The position numbers and the translations under genes were made by a program. From Octopus vulgaris (Eukaryota), in contig OX597837.1 of the NCBI GenBank assembly GCA_951406725.2, forward strand, positions 1,178,001 through 1,242,000: a stretch of DNA of 64,000 nt. The letters run 5' to 3'. Below are positions 56,123 through 64,000 of the stretch, piece by piece; position 1 is the stretch's first letter; each line of letters starts with the position of its first letter. The notes under the pieces were generated by a model. The model saw only the letters and a program-made list of their open reading frames with translations, did no database searches and was not told where the DNA came from.

Positions 56123-56520
56123 AACACACACACACACACGCGCGCGCGCATGTACGAGAATGTGTGATGCTGTGTTCATGCTTGCACATTTAAAAGAGGC
56201 CATCTTCATTTTATGGCTTTTTCTGTCTCCTAACGAAACGATTCGACGAACATATACCTATAAAATAAACCGTACCAGACTGAAATACGTATATGAATCA
56301 ATAAAATCTTCAGAAACACCCTGCAGGTACTGCCACAGCATGGCCGTAATCCAATTCTTAAAACTGTAAATTTATCGCAGTTTTTCTCCAAATGGCTATC
56401 CACCTCTACTTTGTCTATTCTCTCTAGTTTCCTTGTATAATTTAGCTGCCATTGAAATTCTATCTATTGTTAAACTGCTGGAATATGGCCAGTGATAATG
56501 CTACTGTATTGGTGACTGTG

Positions 56521-56612
<92 letters not shown>

Positions 56613-57098
56613 CGGGAGAGATAGAGAGAGTGATGCGTTCATCAACCGCCATTGTGAATCGTAAGACACCAGTAACTTTCACACACACATTCATACGTAT
56701 TGAAATGCCTTATACGCACACTCGTTGCTCACTATTAGGTTAACACATAATGCACAAATTCATATTTTCATACTTACATGCTATGCGAATGGATTCCAAC
56801 AATTATTTAACATGTTCATCCAACAATTATTTAACATGTTCACATCCATCGGAACTTATCGGTCTCACTATCTCTTTGTTTGTCTATCTGTCTGTCAGTC
56901 TGTTTGCTCCGGCGTACATCTGTGACTGATTGACTTTATACATGTGCATATTCATACATACTCATACATATATGTCTACACACACACATACACACATACA
57001 CATCAGTTTTTATGAATGTAGTGTTTGCATTAGAATCTATCTGTCTATCTGCCAGCCCAACCCTCTACCTGTATGTCTGTCTATCTTCATCTCTCCCC

Positions 57099-57133
<35 letters not shown>

Positions 57134-57240
57134 CATCTATCTATCTATCTATCTATCTATCCACACACGTTATACAATAACATATTCCTGGTATATTTAC
57201 ATATTGAACACTTGTTTTTGCACAAAAAGACACGCACGTG

Positions 57241-57303
<63 letters not shown>

Positions 57304-57929
57304 TTTATACATACACACACATATTAGTATATATCGCTTCTACATAAAATGTCTGCCCCTGTATTATATCTGCTTGTATTGCACATCATTGAATGTAATT
57401 TAGTTTTCTAGCAGAAAACCAACATTTCCAATACATAATTGGAAATGGAAGTTCGCTGTCGTTTTTGTTTTTCCGTCTTGTTAACCTGTAGCTAACCATG
57501 GCACTAATTAATTAGCGAAATATGTAATTATATGATTATGTAATTGTGTAATTGTGTAATGAATCATTTTGAAAGACAAAAAAAAATGAAAGAACGACAA
57601 TCATGACTTGGTACAATATTACAATACAAACACGACATCACGAAAGGACGCCACAGAAGGCAAAGAAGACGGTAGATTTAATTAATATAATGTAAACGAG
57701 AAAACAAGGAAAATTGACTCGTTTCGGCTTTAATAATGGTAGGTCAAATACGGCGCCCAATTTAACACCATCAGATGGGGTCTGACGCTTCTTTATCACA
57801 GTTCATTTTAGATAGTTGTCATAACATGTCTCCTGGGTTAACGCCTCCAGCCATTGATCTTTTTGTTTTTGTATTGTAGTTGTTGCGTTTTAACTCCAGG
57901 ACTGTCTACTGCGAAACAATATCTGTGCC

Positions 57930-58090
57930 TACTCGAATTTGTAGTGGTATTCACTCGGAGTGGGTTTGTGCCGCTTGGACCAACGACTTCACCACGTCTC
58001 TCACGAATGCTGACCACATCTGGCGGTCAGCTACAATCAAGGCTTTATAGCCTGGACACTGTAGCCGTAGTCACTCGCTGTTGAGCTGTT
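57930..58090 (-). mobile_element. RTE-like LINE extreme 3' end
   Basis: Minus strand IVADRQMWSAFVRDVVKSLVQAAQTHSE* resembles the RTE C-terminal A.DR..W.A.VRDVV motif. Confidence 0.55.
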
Positions 58091-58805
58091 GAAACATGTG
58101 ATCAACAGTAGAGATAAATCAGACAGATCAATGACCAACGGCATTCCAATCGTTTCCTCCCCCCCCCCCTTTTTTTTCGCAGGGAATCCAGGACCAACCA
58201 AGTTATTTAGCCAATTCTTTCCTGAGGCAGTCGGATGTGTAGTTCCTTTGGGAGCTGCTCCCTAACTCACTGCTGTACTTTAACATCGCCATCTGGTGCT
58301 GGGATGCCTCTAGCGGAATTCTAGCTCTGGCAAGCATTCGACCACAATCCTCCTTCACTTCCCTTCTCACTCACCACTCCTAGAAACATTGATGTGCAAT
58401 TATTCAGGATGGGTCTCCTCGTCTACCTGGAAGTATGGCCTACACAGGCCATTCATACTAACAATCCCCTCGCCCAGCGAATCACTGATGATCTAAAGAA
58501 CATTACCACCGAAAGCAGGAAAGACCTTCCTAAACCGAGTTTGATATTATATCTACAACATATGTGCAAGTGGGAATGGTAGAGGTTATGATGATGATAA
58601 TGGTATGGGGGGGTTGGGCGAAGTTGTGATCGGTGCATTGAGGGTGATGTAGGTTAATACTGTTGTTGCTAGCGGTGATATTGGTGATGGTGGTGGTGGT
58701 CGTGTTGATGGTAGTGACAATGTTGGTACAGGATATGGCAAAGTTAGTGGTGGTTGTAGCAGTGTTGGTGTTCCTACTGATTATAGTGATCATCAAAGAT
58801 CATTC

Positions 58806-59026
58806 CCGAGCCATAGGTTCATAAGGCCGGTTTCCCGGAACCTGTGGCATATATATCCCACGCACGCTGGACCATAGCAGGAATACTTCTTTCTTTGCTA
58901 GCTGAATAAACTGGAACAACATAAAGTGTTTTGCCGCAGAAAACAACGCATCGCCCGATCCAGGAATCGAAACCACAATCTTACAGTCATGAGTCCAACA
59001 CCCTAAACACTAAGCCACGCGCCTCC
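58806..59026 (-). mobile_element. tRNA-derived SINE with the same head type as 282 and 54490 but a different tail
   Basis: Reverse complement ggaggcgcgtggcttagtgtttagggtgttggactcatgac..ggtttcgattcc..gttgttccagtttattcagct..gggaaaccggccttatga. Confidence 0.75.
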
Positions 59027-59618
59027 ACGCTGGTAGCCATGCTGGTTTTACTATAGTGTTGGCGGTGGTGTTAGTGGTGACGTCGGTGATGCTGATGATT
59101 TTGTTGATGAAAGCTGTGCTGTCGATTTTGGCGGTTGTTAACTTCGTTATGTTGGTTATGATGATGATGTTGGCGAGGATGGTTTTGGTTGCATTGATGA
59201 TGGTGGCGTTGTTGGTGGCAAAGTTTTTGTTGAAGGTGGTGGTGACAGTGCTACTACTGGTGGTGAAGATAACGGTGGCGCTGTCATTGTTATGTAGCCA
59301 ACCCTCTGGCTGGCATTATTTCAGAGGACCTATGACCCAAAGCGTTCCAGCCATGACCACCACAATAAAATTTTGTCCCGAACTAACTGAACTAAAATTC
59401 TCTCACTTATATGTATAGGATGTGGTTTAAGGAATATCTAAAGCAGAAGCGACTAGTGACTCAAAGGTCGTGCCGAGGAAGTTTGAATAGCGCTATCATA
59501 CGAAACTCCACACCCTTGAGTCATTCCGCTGCTTGGCTCAGCAATTAAAACCTATCCTTCTATAGTTGTGTGTTTTGTATAAATTAAAGTATACGGTATT
59601 GCATTACAACCTATCTTA

Positions 59619-59672
<54 letters not shown>

Positions 59673-59685
59673 GTGTGTGTGTGCA

Positions 59686-59888
59686 TGTTTGTGTGTCTGT
59701 GTTTGTCCCCCTAGCATTGCTTGACAACCGTTGCTGGTGTGTTTACGTCGCCGTCACCAAGCGGTTCGGCAAAAGAGAACGATAGAATAAGTACAGGGCT
59801 TACAAAGAATAAGTCCTGGGGTCGATTTGCTCGACTAAAGGCGGTGCTCCAGCATGGCCGCAGTCAAAGGACTGAAACAAGTAAAAGA

Positions 59889-59890
<2 letters not shown>
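59686..59890 (+). mobile_element. Family A SINE, well-conserved 3' half
   Basis: gcggttcggcaaaagag..gaataagtcctggggtcgatttgctcgactaaaggcggtgctccagcatggccgcagtc. Confidence 0.9.
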
Positions 59891-59948
<58 letters not shown>

Positions 59949-60067
59949 TCTTTTATGTGTTCCAGTCCTTATATATATATCTGTATGTGTATATATGTGT
60001 GTATATATATATATATATGTGTGTATATATATATATGTGTGTGTGTGTATGTATATATTGTATTTGT

Positions 60068-60109
60068 TACTAAATTTGGTTTCTATTTTTCTCTCTTTTC
60101 TAGGTAAGT
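60068..60109 (+). other. Candidate recursive splice site (branch point, polypyrimidine tract, AG|GTAAGT)
   Basis: tactaaa tttggt ttctatttttctctcttttc tAG|GTAAGT. Confidence 0.5.
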
Positions 60110-60442
60110 ACCGCTGCTAACTTTTTTCTTCCAACACCAGAGTTTCTAGTAACACAGTTCACGGTAAGACTATTTTCTCCTGTATTATCTTTTCGGTTTC
60201 AGATTTTAGCTGATGGATTTTGTTCTTGCCACTGCCGGTTTAAAGCTAAATATCAAACCTGATCTGGCAACTTTATGCGTTTCACCTGTGACCATCCCTG
60301 ATTAATATCCAAATGTTAGGGTAGAGCTTTATTTTACTATTTTACAGCACGCATAACCTTCAGGGTGACAGCAAATTTTGGTCCTTCATCTGTTAAGGCG
60401 ACCTATTGATAGTGACCTTATGATAAAACTGGTACTCGACAG

Positions 60443-60542
60443 CCGAGGTCGATAAATTAAGTACCAGTTGCGTACTGGAGTCGATCTACTCGACTGGCCT
60501 CTTCCCACAAAATTTCAGGCCTTGTGCCTAGAGTAGAAAAGA
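60443..60542 (+). mobile_element. Family B SINE, 3' half
   Basis: ggtcgataaattaagtaccagttgcgtactggagtcgatc..ggccttgtgcctagagtagaaaag. Confidence 0.8.
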
Positions 60543-61091
60543 AAAGACTATATTTTTGTTCGGTGACCTAACAACACTTCTACCAATTAACCTTGTGACC
60601 TTGTCTAATTTATAACCGGATGTGTGGATGCGAATAGTTGGGGAGGGGGAGGGGTATTTGTTAGATATTAGGGATGGAGGGCGTGGGAGGAAAAACGGGA
60701 CGTGAGATTTTGTTGGGTGGGAGGCAAGAAGACCCTTGAGAATTATCGAAATGTAAAATGTAGGGGGTGACCTTGCCGCAGCTTAATTTGTGTGTGTGTG
60801 TGTGTAATTTTAATTTCTAAGACGGTCATCAATCAGATGTCACATGATGTCAAGTGGAGGAAATAGGGTCCTTTCGGAAGACAGGAGATGGGGCTGAGCT
60901 GAAGAGAGCGAGAGAGAGGGAATGTGTGAACAAAAGAGAGAAGGAAAGATAGACTAAAGCGTGAAAGAGAGGTGAGGGGAGGGAGAGAGGGAGTGAACGA
61001 CAAGATGATGAGTTTTATGTATAAGAAAGGAAGGAAGGAAGCAGGAAATTTAGAACATGGTTATGTTCGTCTGCAGGAATCTTTGTATATA

Positions 61092-61141
<50 letters not shown>

Positions 61142-61246
61142 GACATTTTTATTGTAAAGAACGAGAAGACCCGTGATGAAACAGAGGACAATGTATGTAT
61201 TAAAAAAAAAGAGAATCTACGCGAAATTTAAATAGAAATCTTACAC

Positions 61247-61610
61247 AGGCATGTCTGTGTGGTAAGCAGCTTGCTTCCCAACCACATGGTTCCGGGTTCA
61301 GTCCCACTGCGTGGCAGCTCGGGCAAGTGTCTTCTATTATAGATTCGGGCCGACCAAAGCCTTGTGAGTGGATTAGGTAGACGGAAAATGAAAGAAGCCC
61401 GTCGTATATATATATATGTTTGTGTGTCTGTGTTCGTCCCCACCCCACCATTGCTTGACAACCGATGTTGGTGTGTTTATATCCCCGTCACTTAGTGGTT
61501 CGGCAGAAGAGACCGAAAGAATAAGTCCAGGAGTCGACTTCTTCGATTAAAAGGCGGTGCTCCAGCATGGCCACTGTCAAATGGCTGAAACAAGTAAAAG
61601 AATAAAAAAG
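61247..61610 (+). mobile_element. Family A SINE, full length
   Basis: ctgtgtggtaagcagcttgcttcccaaccacatggttccgggttcagtcccactgcgtggcagctcgggcaagtgtctt (tRNA head + CORE-like)..ggcggtgctccagcatggcc..caagtaaaagaata. Confidence 0.92.
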
Positions 61611-62299
61611 ACAGAAAGAATTGTTTCAAGACTCACGGCTTTCGTCTGAGGATAGTTGTTCCTTCGAGATGTATCAAGCGTTTTAGGAAAGTTGTGACTC
61701 TTGAAACAACGGGACCTACGTTAGTCACATACGGGTGTTTGTGTATATATGTATATATGTAAGTAAATGATAGAAAATGGAATGAACGACACTATATTAA
61801 ATAAAGTGTTGGTTATTCCATTTTCTGTCACTTAACTATTTGTATAAAGTCTACGGCTATAATGGTTGGTGTTCTTGATGTATAGTGAATTGCAGGAGAA
61901 TTTCCATTTTCTGTTGACATTAGGAATTGAACAACTCTGGACGAGGTTTGCATAGCATTCTACAAGGTTTTAACCAGAATCTTAACTCAGTATACTTGTA
62001 GATATATTAATGTAGGTGTGTGTGTGTTTATGTATGTTAGTTTGTTGGGATCACCGCCATTGTTATCTCCCTTTCATTCAACCTCTTTTTTTTCACCAAT
62101 TATTCTACATATTGGACCGTTAAACTCTACACTTTATTTTCATTCTCTCTATTTATTTTCACTTATTCCTTTCTGTTGAAGAGCGAAGAGGCGAATAGTA
62201 AAATAATTTTTTTTTCCCCAGCGTCAAAGTAATGCACTTGTTCCTACACTTGTCTTCGTCTTGAATTTTTCTATAAATTTGAACGGTATATATATATAT

Positions 62300-62479
62300 A
62301 CGTTACGGAGATGTACTTGCATAGCAAGTGACCTGATCTGAGATCGTTAGCTGGAACGAAAGCAATTGCAGCATGGAAGGTGTTTATAAGCTATTTTAGA
62401 AACACACAAAAACCGTTAGATTCACTTCAAGATTTAAATTTAATTTGTCAAAATATTTTCGTCGCTTTGAGACCGCGAC

Positions 62480-62482
<3 letters not shown>
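62300..62482 (-). mobile_element. (TA)n-flanked repeat ending in half a hammerhead-like motif
   Basis: Reverse complement gtcgc(ggtctcaaa)gcgac-GAAA-atattt-t-gacaaa; the CUGANGA part is missing at the (TA)n junction. Confidence 0.35.
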
Positions 62483-62516
<34 letters not shown>

Positions 62517-62524
62517 TATATACA

Positions 62525-62743
62525 GACGAGTAAGCGCATAAATTCAAAACAATGTGGAAAAATAGTACTCGAATATCTAAGGTAAAGTAATATGCTTTTA
62601 TTAAAGCTTCAAAATCTTCATGAAACTGTTACTCAGAGTTTCAAGTTCCCGTTCGGCAGACGGTATTCATCACAACTATCCGACGTACGGTAGCGTGAAA
62701 CTCTGAATAACAGTTTTGTGAAAATTTTACAGTTCTAATAAAA

Positions 62744-62750
<7 letters not shown>
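62525..62750. mobile_element. (TA)n-embedded fold-back element with two degenerate hammerheads in opposite polarity
   Basis: Arms 62590-62664 and 62675-62749; minus copy accgt-CTGCCGA-acgggaactt-GAAA-ctctgag-TA-acagt; plus copy actat-CCGACGT-acggtagcgt-GAAA-ctctgaa-TA-acagt. Confidence 0.75.
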
Positions 62751-63216
<466 letters not shown>

Positions 63217-63258
63217 TATATATATGTTTGTATGTATATATATATATGTTTGTATATA

Positions 63259-63319
<61 letters not shown>

Positions 63320-63671
63320 TGTGTGGGTATGCGTGCGCGTGTATTAGAAAAAAAGGTTTAATAAAAAAAATGTTAATTATATATATATATATATATAATA
63401 TTTAAAACATTAACTTAGACGTGATGGAAGAGAGATATGTCGAAGCCCTTGCGCTCTCTTCATTTTTTTTAAAACGCATAAAATATACGTAAGAAATTTA
63501 TGTTCTTATTTGCATAAGAGTAATTCTACCCATCTCTGTCATCGGTTAGATGCTACCCTGCCTTTCGTTTTTAAACCTTATTTAAACATAATCAATAATT
63601 TTTGATTTAAAAAAAACCCAACTTTTTGGCAAAATACGAAGACTGTCTCACGAAATGTTTCTTATAAGAAG

Positions 63672-63790
63672 TTTTCTTTGCAAGCAAATAGTTCCGGGTT
63701 CAGTCCTACTGCGCAGAACCTTAGGCAAGTATTTTCTACTATGGTCTTGGGGCTGACCAAACATTTGTGAGTAGATTTGGTAGACGGTAA
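63672..63790 (+). mobile_element. Family A SINE, 5' part
   Basis: gttccgggttcagtcctactgcgcagaaccttaggcaagtattttctac..gatttggtagacgg. Confidence 0.8.
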
Positions 63791-64000
63791 CAAATTTTGG
63801 CACGACGATAATCATTTGAAGAGGCGTAGTGATGGAGGTGTGATTAGTCGACTACATCGATACAAGCATTCGATCGGTGCATATTTTATCCGTTCCTGAA
63901 ACGCTGAATCATTATATGAAACCAATACAACAATATGCAATGTACATCTATCCATATTACTGATCTCTCTTTTTCTACCTATCGTCACAAACACACACAC

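Noticed and set aside
56795-56843. 24-bp direct repeat x2 (also a short gaatgaagcga repeat near 52320)
   Set aside because: Ordinary slippage duplications; not CRISPR-like (no spacers, eukaryotic context)

Overview
Eukaryotic, AT-rich, extremely microsatellite-dense DNA. The repeat families look like an octopus/coleoid cephalopod genome (my inference, no search run), probably a large intron or intergenic region. I can support no intact host protein-coding gene: nearly all listed ORFs are translations of (TA)n/(CA)n/(TAA)n tracts. The window holds about 20 copies of a tRNA-headed CORE-type SINE ('family A'), about 10 copies of a second SINE ('family B'), several other tRNA-headed SINEs, decayed LINE 3' ends (R4/Dong-like, CR1-like x2, RTE x2) and three MITEs (hAT with an 8-bp TSD, Tc1/mariner, pogo/Tigger-like). 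The most interesting signal is a set of small non-coding fold-back elements embedded in (TA)n tracts. Several carry minimal type I hammerhead ribozymes: an intact one in the loop of an 88-bp hairpin (31262-31308), an intact minus-strand one (53514-53550) and a decayed pair in opposite polarities (62624-62715). Several share a leader sequence, consistent with a (TA)n-targeting Penelope-like/retrozyme-like system. Also notable are a recent ~360-bp local inverted duplication inserted into a SINE's internal (TA)n, a strong candidate recursive splice site (AG|GTAAGT at 60102-60109) and a CR1 LINE whose 3' UTR matches the family A SINE tail. Repeat boundaries were read by eye and are approximate.
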